A stretch of DNA of 64,000 nucleotides from NCBI GenBank assembly GCA_051362555.1, contig CM120649.1, forward strand, positions 14,012,001-14,076,000, in the 5' to 3' direction. Below are positions 51,101 through 62,289 of the stretch, piece after piece; the stretch's first letter is position 1, and each line of letters begins with the position of its first letter. A program made the translations under genes and the position numbers. The notes beneath the pieces are model-generated. The model saw nothing but the letters and a program-made list of their open reading frames with translations, searched no databases and had not been told where the DNA came from. This DNA comes from Lingula anatina. Its lineage: Eukaryota > Animalia > Brachiopoda.

Positions 51101-51928
51101 ACATGTCTCCCAGCACTGAAATGAGAACAGCACAGTGATTTTCTGATCTGACTATACAGTCGCACCCTGATAATTAAGCTTCCCGTGGTCAGGCCATATA
51201 CACTGTTTACACGACAGACACACACTGGACGTCAGGGTAATTCTGACGACTGAAATCTACACAACGTATACTTCTATCGTTTCGCTCCTGTACTAGTTTG
51301 AGAGACTTAAAAAGGCAGAATTAGTCTATAGAGACCCTTAGATTCCTTTAATACGTTTTTTGAACGCAAAACCGTTAAAATTAATTCAGTGTCGAAGATT
51401 TTTGTGTTGATAGCCTACTTACCATTTTACAATTCCCATCTTTCATACATTCTTCGTCGTTCACTTCCAATGAGAGAAACTAGAATGAAATCATAAAAGA
51501 AATACACGCTTAATTTTGGTTAGAGTAGTCGCTTTTCTCTTCCAACAAAGCAGTGTCAACCATCTTAAAGTAAGCAACCACCATCTATAATTTTTACTAC
51601 TTGAAAAAAAAAACTAATGAAGTAATTTAAACACTGATTTTGTCATAGCAAAGGATACTTAAAAGTAGTTTGTAACTATCTCATTCACTCACCAATAAAA
51701 TTTAATATGCTTACTTAAAATTTGCCCTACTAATTGACTTACGTATCTGTATATCCATCTATATTAATATTAAAAACTGCCAACGATGTAACTTAAGAAA
51801 AATGCTATTTCTCCTCTTACCTGTAAACAACGAGTTCGACATCTTCCCAACTCCACGCCCGGCTCCATTTGACTGCTGTCAACAGGGCCCCACGTCCAGA
51901 CAACAATGAGCAAGAGGACGACATCCAT
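45137..51928 (-). CDS. Receptor tyrosine kinase-like protein (Cys-rich N-terminus, FN3-like domains, mucin-like stalk, TM, RET/FGFR/Torso-type kinase fold); predicted pseudokinase, ~936 aa
   Basis: 15 phase-consistent exons: 51928-51821, 51479-51423, 51115-51041, 50805-50757, 50468-50290, 50005-49870, 49585-49101, 48850-48667, 48456-48283 (TM), 48010-47849 (GQGTFG, VAIK), 47588-47420, 47133-46983, 46740-46497 (HRDLAARN, NFG, WMSPES, SDVWSFG), 46230-46134, 45677-45137. Total 2811 nt with no internal stop. An alternative in-frame ATG lies at 51946. Confidence 0.92.
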
Positions 51929-52159
51929 AATCTTGTCTACACCCATCGGCTTGCGTTAAAGAGTCTGTTTAAAAACCCAAATGAATGAAAAAAACTTGTC
52001 GGTAAACGTGTAAAAATGTCCAAATTGTGCTGCGCGGTATTTTAAGTGCCTACTTTGCGTGAAGTTCAAATGTTCGAATACAGAAATAGGTAGTCTCCAA
52101 CAAAATACGTCAACTCGTAGCTTATACAATGTTCCGTCTTCTTCTACTTCCAGTTGAAA

Positions 52160-52250
52160 TGACAATGACATTCGTCAGTAGTCTTCCTCTTATATACTGG
52201 GTAGGGGGCAGGTAGTCAATGTTAATAGATACGCAAACAACCAATGAGGC
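52160..52250 (-). promoter_or_regulatory. Putative core promoter of the RTK-like gene
   Basis: Minus-strand TATATAA at ~52189-52196, Inr-like TCATT about 25-30 nt downstream, and CCAAT at ~52241. Confidence 0.45.
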
Positions 52251-52299
52251 TCTTGGTCAGTTAAACTAATTAGCTCTCTCTGGTTGTAATCCGATTTAT

Positions 52300-52532
52300 T
52301 ACCTGTACAGTGGTCCCAGGTAACTCATTTAAGTTAATTACGTGAATCCCTTCAGCCTTTGATCATACAAATCTACAGAGGTGAGACAACAGGTATGTGC
52401 CCCCAGGTAACTAACCTAACTTAATTAAGCAGGGTCAGCTGATCACAGGTAATGAACTACGGGTAATTACCTTTAGATAACTGACCACTGTTATAAGATC
52501 ACAGGTAGCTGATCTCAGTAGATCACAGGTAG
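52300..52532. promoter_or_regulatory. Homotypic cluster of CAGGTA motifs upstream of the RTK-like gene
   Basis: CAGGTA at 52300 (reverse), 52317, 52390, 52404, 52446, 52502 and 52526. Three of them occur as GATCACAGGTA. Confidence 0.5.
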
Positions 52533-55500
52533 CTCATAAAAGGTGACTACGTACAAGTAGAAGTGGATTGTTTGCATACATGGAAGCCAGTCCTTAATCG
52601 ACAGTTCACATTTACTAGGGACAGCGGCTTGTGAACTCGCGAAATACAGAGTTATCAATAGATAGTTTGATTTCGCACAGAATTAGATATTTACTTTAAA
52701 GAAACTCTTAAATAGTAAACTGTGGATTTGTGAAATACGGAGACATTAATAGATAGTGCATCGAAGCTTTGCTGTCAAAATTAGTGTTATCTCTCTACAA
52801 TAACTGCATCGTTTTATCTTAAATATCAGCTTCATAGCGAATTATGATACTGTGTATTAAACAAAGCGTATTTTAATCATTTTCACTTGTTAAACATGGC
52901 TTACAAGAGAAATTCAGTGGCGATCGAAAATAATCTAAGCATCTCGGACGTTGGGTGCATGTTTTAATTAATTTGCAGTGGAATTACAAGAGTGAAAAAA
53001 GAAGCCATATTACATGTATATAAAGCTCACATTTCATTTTACAAGTGTAAGAGTGCTTTTGGGGAGCACCTCTGTGCTACAGTTTTCCACACGAAGGTAA
53101 GTTAATGCAAACAGGTTAGAAAATGTTGTTATTAAAGTATAATAGATGGTATTTGCAAAAGCTTCGACATCATTAATATCATCCGAAAATGACAACCGGA
53201 AACTATAGTGCCCTTTTTTTCAAAAACGAACCTGGAAACTGAAAACTAATGTTGTGTATCAAAAACGAATCTGGTAACTAGAACCTTGTGTCGTCTTTAA
53301 AAAACAATTCCGATGCTCAGAAACTAGAATAATTTTTTGAGGAAAACGGGAGTTGACGTAGGGCGAAACGGTCGCCACCAGGTAGCTTTCCCCGTGGAAG
53401 CCGGGCTCACAGGTATCTCATTGGGCCTTAACTCCATTTTTAAGCATACACGATTCTACGCTGCGTGACTTTTGCACGGTGCAACTTGTAAGATCTGAAA
53501 TCTTATGAATTAATTGGTAAATTAGACATTCTTAAAATCTGTCAGACTAATATTATGATAGACCCCACTCTCAGTGCATACCCTTGAGTAAGACAAACCA
53601 AAGACAAATGTAATAAATATACTTTTATTGATTAATAAATAGTGTCTGCTATTTACAACAACAACAATAAGTGAGGCTGTTCCTATTCTGGATGCTGTAC
53701 ATGAAGTGAGCCACGTGAACACATGCACTCCAAGTTTTGGAACTTTAAATTTTACAGATCTGCAATAAAGGTGATGTAAACATTTTGGAAAACAAAGTTA
53801 CGTCAGAGAAACTCAAAATACCCCTTAAATATCCCAACTTGGCAAGCTTTTCAGCACACACTGTGACATTTTCTATTTAACAGGTATAATACTGACATAT
53901 AAGTTTACAGAACATAGTAAGTTGGCTTAATATTGTTCAAATCCTGTAACTTAATAACAAGACTTGATAGATCTTCACATCAGGGCATAGTTGGCATTCA
54001 GGTTCTTCAAACAGAAAATGGAGAAATTTATTCAAAATATACTGTTGACATACAAAAGGATGGTTGAAAATTAGTTCTAATGCAATCATGTTGTCAAACA
54101 TATGGGTTCGATAAGAATTGCATACTTATAATGCTCAATAAGCCAGTAATCTTATTTCATCTTGAACATTGTTTAAAATGTTTGCATCTCCAAAAAGGCA
54201 GGGACAAAGCACCAGTCTGATAATGCATATTAAATGGAAAATATATACCCCAGAATGCTTTCAGATCATGAAACCATGCATTTAGTATGATCTCATATTA
54301 CTAGTATTTCTCATAGGTGTAGTAGCCATAGATTAAGTTATAATTTTTGCATTCATCGTCTGATCACCAGAGCAGTGGAATATATACTCAACAATAATAA
54401 ATTAGGTTTTGACGTGTAATATAGTGGTTGTGAAACTTGGAGGTAAACATGGCTTACAACTTTTAATTACTATTGACAACATGGACTTCATTACATGAGC
54501 ATTGTATTCTGTTTTAGTAGAATAATAACACACAAACTTAACTGCAGTCTTTTTTACTTCCTATGAACTTAAAGCACAGATGAAGCAATTTCAGAAATGC
54601 ATTTCCCTAAACTCAAAAACACATCTTTGTGGAACCCATATAAATTCAAGAGTTGATAAACTTACATAATTACAATTTTTGCCCTAACTTGTTATCTAGC
54701 CAAAATAGCTTTCACAAAAAATCAGGGGTACATAACTTCCCCATTTAATTTAGCAAAACTTCCCAGTATAAATCATTTCCGCTGACCAAGTCATCAAATT
54801 GTACGTATTTTTCTTTTCTGAAAGAAACATCTAGTTTAATTTGAATCATTTTCCATAAATGTAATTTCTTTTACTCTGTTCAACCTCAGTATTTCATTAT
54901 AATACATTAAATGCTAAACACAAATAACTGTATTTATTTATCTACATACAACACTAAGGTAGTACATAAGAGTAAGATACTGGGGTAAATGCATATACAA
55001 CTTTGCTCCTTATTAAGTGATGCATTATGATATAAATTTAAGAGTAATAGTAATAATAATAATAATACTAATAATAAACATGCATAAAGGTTTAACAGCT
55101 AAAACAAAAAACATGACCTGACAATAATAAAAACATGTCGCAGACAGACAAACAGATCACATAAATATTTATAGAATATGTACAAACCGAACCAGCAGTT
55201 TGAAGACTGACCTCTTGTTCTACAAGGGATCCCTATAACATGTTATACACTATTTGCACTTTGTTACACTTATGACCATCCATGAGTTAGCAACTGAACT
55301 AAAAGGAGAGAAAAAAAACTCGTTCTGTACAGACTTCCAATCCAACATGTGATACTTCATCTTGACTAACAGCAAATCCCAGCTGTTTCAGTAAATACTG
55401 TAAACTGTTCTATCTATGCACATTCATAATTTTACTTCTCAGTTAAAAAGATGGATTCCATTTTTTTTCTTTGTACTGTTAATACCAAAGTGGACATTAA

Positions 55501-56803
55501 GAGTTGGCATTTTGAAAACTAGTAAATTTGGGGACCAAAGGCTTGCAACATTATAACCTGCAAGGATTACCTGTATCAGTTTGTTTAGTATTTTTTACCT
55601 TAAAAAATTTAGAAAAAAAAATGTGATTCAAAACAATCTATGGTGACACTTGAACTCCAGTTGTGGGACATAGGAGAGAGAAAGAAACTCTCCACAAGCC
55701 ATGTAGTTATACACAGAATGAAACTAAGGATTAAAATAAAATGTTGTAGTCCAATTTACAAAAGGCAAAACTAAGTTATTGGTGAAAACACTCAAATTTG
55801 AAGAGTATCTGCACATAAAATACTTCCTGTTTTGAGTACTAGTCAATTTTTTTATATAAAATGCCAAGGTCTGATAACATTAATACACTGTGCTTGGTTA
55901 TTCCATAAATCAGCAATGCCCAGAGTTAAAATAAGATTCATCAAAAAAATGCCCAAAAATTTAAGCCTTCTACCTGATACCACATGGGAAATGTATCAAA
56001 TAGGACCTTTATATACTGTAAAGGTGTATAATAGTTTTGAGATTTCATGTTCGTATAAATGAAAAGAAACAAACTTCAAAATCATGTCACATTTTTCTGA
56101 CCAGAACTCACTCCATCATTGTAGCCCATAACTATGCCTGTCTGGTAATGTTAGCAAGATTTAGATTATTCAAGCCTTAAAAGACAGCCTTCTCTGTTAG
56201 AATTACCAGATGCAAGTAAAATAGCCTTTCACTTTAAACTACCGAAGTAATTGTAGAAATACATCTTTGATACAAAAATCTGCTTTTTTCCCCACATTTC
56301 AACCTCTGTCTTCGTTATCAAAATCAGTCAAATAATCCTGCAGTCCCTTTCATAATACCAATTAAACATAAAGAACAGGCCATGGATATTATCTCCATCC
56401 ATCTTTAGAGTTTTACTACTGTATTGTTATATATAACAACCCACATTTTTCAACTGCCAAGTAAGAGACACAAAATATACTGATAAAGCTTCCGACTTAC
56501 ATCTTCAACAGTACTTCTATCAGGTTGTCTCTTTGTAGAAACACCTCACAATAAATTGTATGCATCTCCACACTTTAACTTGTTTGCCCCTTCAACATAA
56601 TGCATTCCTCCTCCACAAAATAAACACTACAATTCCTAAACTGTAGATTGCCTGTTTAACGACTGTAGCACTCACCTTAAATTAAATAAGCACTGGAACC
56701 CAAGGCCAGATGGGCACCAAAAATTCTGTAATCAAATACTGGCTGATTACAATCACTCCAGAAAAATAAGAAGAAACAAATCTAATATTTTAAACATTAA
56801 CAT

Positions 56804-59800
56804 TCATACTTGAGTCTGCTTTACCGGTGCAAACCCAAACAAGAGTGGACTAGAGGAACTTCTTGCTGAAGATGACATTGAGCTTTCCGTATTTTCACTG
56901 GTGTCCGTATTTTCCGTAATATCGGAGGCCTCGGAATCCGTGGCCGTGTGATCATGCTGCATGGGCACCGGTTTGAACGTGAAATTCGACGAAGTTGACG
57001 TGAAGCTCGAATGTTGGCTGTGACTTAGCTGATGGGGCTGTGAGGGGTGATTAAGATGGTGGGGCCCCGCGGGGTGATTTAGATGGTGATGGCCAGTGGA
57101 ATCACTGGAGAGTTGATGGTGACTCGAGTTCGGCATCTGCTGCTGACTGCTGCAGTGGGAGCTGTCCTCCTGTCTGGAGACTCTGAATGTGGAAATGTAA
57201 TGATCAGATGTAAGGTAAAGTTGAATAGTGGGTTCACAGCCAGACAGATGAAAAAAGCCAAGCTTAACAATTTATGCCTTTTCATCTTGAAACTATCTCG
57301 CCTCCAATTCACCCTTTCACAGATAATGACGTGCATGTGTGGTTAGCCCTTTTCTGCTAGTCATGTAAAATTTTTACAAATCATTTCAAAAATCAATTTT
57401 ACTTTTTGTTTTGTAAACTTAACAATAAAAAAAAAAAAAAAAAAAAAAGATGAATGTTTGTCACCTATACAGAAGTGGGTGTGTTGCTCTCTCTCCTGTC
57501 CCCATACAGGACTTCTTGGGGGGAGACATGGCTGCATCCTGCTCATCTGGGTCAACTGAAAGAACCAGGATACCAAGGTTATAATAATAATAACAATAAT
57601 AATAATAATAATAATAGTAATAATAATAATAAATTATGAAGCAAATTAGCGTGTGTTTGACAACAACAAGGACAAAAGAGACAGACACATGTGCCTTCAT
57701 AATATATACAGAAAGTCACTGTCCTCTGAATGAATAAATAAATAAATAAATAAATAAAAATAAGAAAACAAATTAACAAAACTTTTACAAAAGCACTCAT
57801 ATTAAATCCAAGACCAGTAAAGTACATTAATAGCTATCTGACATAGCTACAAAGCTGGTTTGCTATCAGTTGTGGTAAAGACCTACATTTCCTCTTGGCT
57901 CCAAGGATGCTAGGTCGTATTATCCCCGGTACTATAGGACTCAGGCTTCTTCTTGTACCGCTGCAAGACACATACAATTGAAACAAAAGTCAATTTAAAA
58001 TATTTTCTTCAGTCTGATTATTATATGGTGTAACAAAAGCTGAAATCAATGTAATATTGTTATTCATTTCTTTGTGAATAAGAGAGCTTTTCTTCTTACT
58101 TATCTAAGACCAGTTTCAAAAAAGAACTTCAGACCAAAACTTCATCTAAATTTCTTTCTCTTAACTGGTCCTTCACTTATCCTTAGTGGCTTTGAAAAAA
58201 AAATCTTTATCAATCAAATTCTCATTTTTGAAAGCACCAAACTGAAATATGCTGTACCCTTTCGCAAGAAAAGTCTGAAAACAAAAGCAGAGACATGTGA
58301 CAAGAGGAAACCAATCCCATACCTGAACTTCCGTGTTGGACTTGGGTTTGGACTGTGGAGTGCAGAGCCTTTGTGAGCAGACTGCGTGGAAGGCGAGAAA
58401 CATTGCTGGAACAGATGGCAAAACTTCTCATAACACACCACAGATAGATATAATAGATGGTATTTAAGTCACCAACATTTTACAACTCATAATGATTAGA
58501 TCTACTGTTTAGCTGACAATTAAGAACAGAGCAAGTTCTGATAGTTAATCTTTTAAGTTGGGTTTATTTGCAGCCATCACCACTTCAATATTGAGTGTAT
58601 ACATTTTGCAAATAAATAATTGAAAAAATACCAGAACTGCATAAAATTATGCTCCTAGTTTGACTGACATGGCGTTCTACTTCTGCATTTACTGCTTAAT
58701 TTTTCAAACTTTGTCAGTTAGCTAGACTAAGTACAGCATATTAAGCTCCTCACCTTTCCAACTCTAGTTGGAGATGGCGAACTGGGGTACGATAAAGGGG
58801 AAGTAAAAATGTGGAGAGTTTCGCTGAAGGAGCGGGGACGTCTTGCGGGTGTTTCACTGGCCATTTGTTCATCCTGGAGATACATCAAAAACATCACATC
58901 ATTTCTGAATTAACATCAGGAAAAATGTGACCAATTACAGTTACTGTAATGAAAACTGGTCAAAAAAAGAAACTCCTGTAAAAAATATTCAATAAATGTT
59001 TCTTCCACCCTATTTTACCACGAGCCATTAACTCCACCAATCAACGGAAATAAGCAATATATGAATAGTTACTAAAACTATGAGGACAAAGAATTTTGTC
59101 TGACACAAGTTGCATAAATATATTTTTAGAAAAAGATCAATACGTCAATCTCAGAGGGATCAAAACCCGCCCCAGCATATGAACAAATTATGCTAAAGAC
59201 CATTTGCTTATAGAAAAAGAAAATTTATCTTAAATTTTTCTTATTGCGAATCATATCTGATCAGGCCAAGCCATCTTACCTTTATGACTACACAAAATTT
59301 GACCATCTAAAGTGAACCCAAAGAATTGCATGTAAAAGATTTCTATATTGTCAAAATTTAATAACAAAATTGTGATTGTTTTTAAAATATATTTAGAAAC
59401 ACTTGAGCCAGCAAACTTACCAAAGACAACTCCTCCCAAGACTGTGACATCTGCATTGCAGCTTGCACATCTCTGAAACAGGGACAATTTGATTTTCATT
59501 AAACTGCTTACTATATGAATCCCTTTTGTGTCAAACCATATCCAAGTCATGCCTATGAAGGTCTAACACAGGTTTTGCTGTATTATGCAGCTGACATTAT
59601 GCAGAGTTGCCACCTCTGAGATGATCCTAAGACTGCATTCCCAGAGATTTAGATCGATCCATCCGGATCGACCTAACTCCCTGGGGGTTCATGCTAAATT
59701 GCTGTCAGACGAGCGCCTACCATAGTTAATTACCCCCTTACAGCTTTTAGTAGGCGGGACAGACATTTAATACCTGTTAAGCTGACACCAATCTAGTGAG

Positions 59801-62289
59801 ACTCCCCAGGGGGATAGATCGATCTTAATATCTATGGGAATGGGGTCTAAGACCACGTTCAGATTCAAACATCGAACCAGCTGGATGGTTCCAACTCTGC
59901 TGGGGGATTCTTCATAAAGTACATTCAGTGCAATCAGCGTAATTGTCTGACATGCCTCCTTGGGCAGCTAGTAACTTACAGGGATGCTAGTGGGGTCCGG
60001 AAAGAAAACCTGAACTTTTTTTTGGCAAAGACCGGGGGGGGGGGGGGGGGGGGGGGTACAAATTGATTATGAAACAATTACTATATTTCAAATTTTATTT
60101 AATAAATATATTGCAATATATGTCATCACAACTTCATGGTAATTTTCAACAGTTGTTTCCAAGGATAATCTTGACATTGACAAGATGGAAGTGCCATCAG
60201 TACATAAACACCTACCACCCATAGTAGACAGTAATGATCCCTCACGTAAGCTTGATAATCACCAGCATGATAATGATAGTCACTAAATGTTAATCCCTTT
60301 CATTTATCATTTTCAAAGATTGGTAATGGCTTTCGTGGTAATGCCCAAGCAACAAAAATGTGTAAAGACAACTACGTGCTTTGGCATGCTTAGTTGTTTT
60401 AGCATGGTTTTTCAGAGCTTTTTTACCACTGCTTCCGTACCGGATCACGTCGTTGCACCATACACACCAAGCTTCTCCGGGGGACTTTCGCTTCCAAACA
60501 TAGGTAGAAAAAAAATCGTCATTATTGTCCTTTTTCTCCAGCCAACTCCAACTAAATCTATTTTTGACAGTAATGTCGATGTTTCTAATATCGTCTGTTC
60601 CCCTCTCTGCGAAATCCATTTAGTTTGGTTTAGTTCAAAATTCCGCGCACGCGGTGTCAAAACTTTCCACATTAAAGCCTACATTTCCAACCAATCAAGC
60701 GCCATAAATAAATCACGTGCTACGGTTGTGACTAGATATTGTGTTGAAACGCAGCTCTGTCGCAATGGTTGAAATGCGACGTTCCTCTGACGCATCGTTC
60801 GTCCAGTCCGCGACCACGTTAAAAACGAGAATTCCGGAACAAAATATAGTACCAGAAAATTTTATAACTGGACGCAAAAAAACGGAATTCCGGTAAAAAC
60901 CGGAAGACTAGCATCCCTGTAACTTAGTAACTTGGTTATTTACCCCCTAGCAACTCATGGAGGTGTGTCAGGCATTTAAGCCGATTACAGTGACTGCATG
61001 CATTCCCCACAAAGCAAGAGGAGCATATTAATGATGACATTTAAGTTTGTTTTTGGTGCTTCTCCTTAATGCTCAGCTTAAGTTTGAAAACATGTTTTCT
61101 CGGTCAAATTTTGAATTTAGTGGTCCTGTTCGAAATTCATATCCGTCTCTCTACATCCCATTCTATGCAGATTTAATGTCAAAATGATACAATTTATATG
61201 AACAACACCCACCTTTCATGTGCGGCTTCCCTGTTAATCATGTCGATGCTTTCTTCATGTTTGATTTGATGAAGCCTTGAGGGAATTTTCATGGGAGGCT
61301 GAAAAAGAACACAAAAAACAGTTAGACAATCATTTCAACCATTCCTCCTGACATAAAATTAAAGGGCATAAGAATGATTTCAGCCACTGCCTATGACCTT
61401 CACTAAGAAGTTGTCTTGACAAAAGTCAGGTTTCAGTTAATTGAAAATTTGACATAAGCAACATTCGTGTCAATGACAGTTTATGCCAAAGAGAAATTTC
61501 ATTCTAAAGGACGTGATCAAGATAAATGATAATTCAAGTAAGAGTCTATTGAAAGTTATGCATTATTTATATATATGAATTTCAACATAAATTAATAATA
61601 ATAATAATAATAATAACAACAACTTACAGAAGAGTGGGGCAGCACACTGCTACTGGTGCTAAATCTTCTTACTCTTCCACTTTCTATTGGCCTAAATGTT
61701 GCTCTACTGAAATAATACATTGCTGCTTATAATATTTATAACAAAATATTTATATACAGGTATATTTTCATATCAAGGTAATTGACAACAGTGGTTAAAG
61801 AACTTCACCAGTGATATTGGAAAATAAAAATTTGGACAGTAAAGAACATAGAAAAATACTGAGGTCTCAATGGAAATGATTCTATTCCTTAGCTGTTACT
61901 GTGGGAAAAAATTTTGTAACTGAATCTAGTGCAGCAAATTTGAAGGAAATAAAGTATACATATAATCTCAACTGAATGTCCAACTGTCCCAACTTTAATG
62001 GCACCAATGCTGACAACAGATACAGGTGATGCCTATAGGTGACAAGTATTATTTGTCCATAAAAATATTAAGAATCAGTAAAACTAATAATGACGTCAAC
62101 TTACTTCATGTGTGACGTAGGGCTTGCTGGGGGCACAGGAGGGAGGGCATTCAGCAGGTTGATCATGGGAGCACTACTGGATCTCTTCAAGGTACCACCC
62201 ACTCCACCAGGGTTGTTGGACTCGTTGGAATTACTGTTACTGCTACTGCTGCTGGTCGGAGGATCAATCTCCATGCTAACACCTGCCAT
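56804..62289 (-). CDS. FAM122A: FAM122/PABIR family PP2A-B55 inhibitor, ~382 aa
   Basis: Exons 62289-62105 (LKRSSSAPMI), 61706-61628, 61298-61213 (SRLHQIKHEESIDMINREAAHER), 59472-59421 (DVQAAMQMSQSWEE), 58873-58754 (SPSPTRVGK), 58405-58323 (QCFSPS...SPNPSPTRKF), 57960-57887 (RRSLSP..RPSILGAKRK), 57555-57465, 57182-56804. Total 1149 nt with an open frame. Long AT-rich 3' region with minus-strand AATAAA at ~53624-53629. Confidence 0.92.
57581..57632. repeat. (AAT)n microsatellite (another at ~61593-61615)
   Basis: Directly visible. Confidence 0.9.
59631..59847. mobile_element. 217-bp Tourist/Harbinger-type MITE with a TAA TSD
   Basis: TAA at 59628-30 and 59848-50. TIR GACTGCATTCCCAGAGAT..AGATCGATC versus the reverse complement GACCCCATTCCCATAGAT..AGATCGATC. 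Confidence 0.8.
59979..60919 (-). mobile_element. 941-bp internally deleted hAT-type element with a 7-bp TSD (hATw-like) and a transposase N-terminal zinc-finger remnant
   Basis: Perfect 13-bp TIR CAGGGATGCTAGT/ACTAGCATCCCTG. TAACTTA is duplicated at 59972-78 and 60920-26. ORF 60619-60290 contains FSWSWL...AWCVWC...YGSSGKKALKNHAKTTKH (C2H2/BED-like finger). Sub-terminal AATTCCGG repeats. Confidence 0.85.

Noticed and set aside
45137-51928. RTK-like gene as a decaying pseudogene
   Set aside because: No frameshift or stop in 2811 nt, every splice site is canonical, and the signal peptide and TM are intact. The changes target catalytic residues.
60034-60056. Long G run (and the C-rich tract 3063-3110) as functional G-quadruplexes
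   Set aside because: Homopolymer inside a transposon or intron. Its length is error-prone and nothing else supports function.
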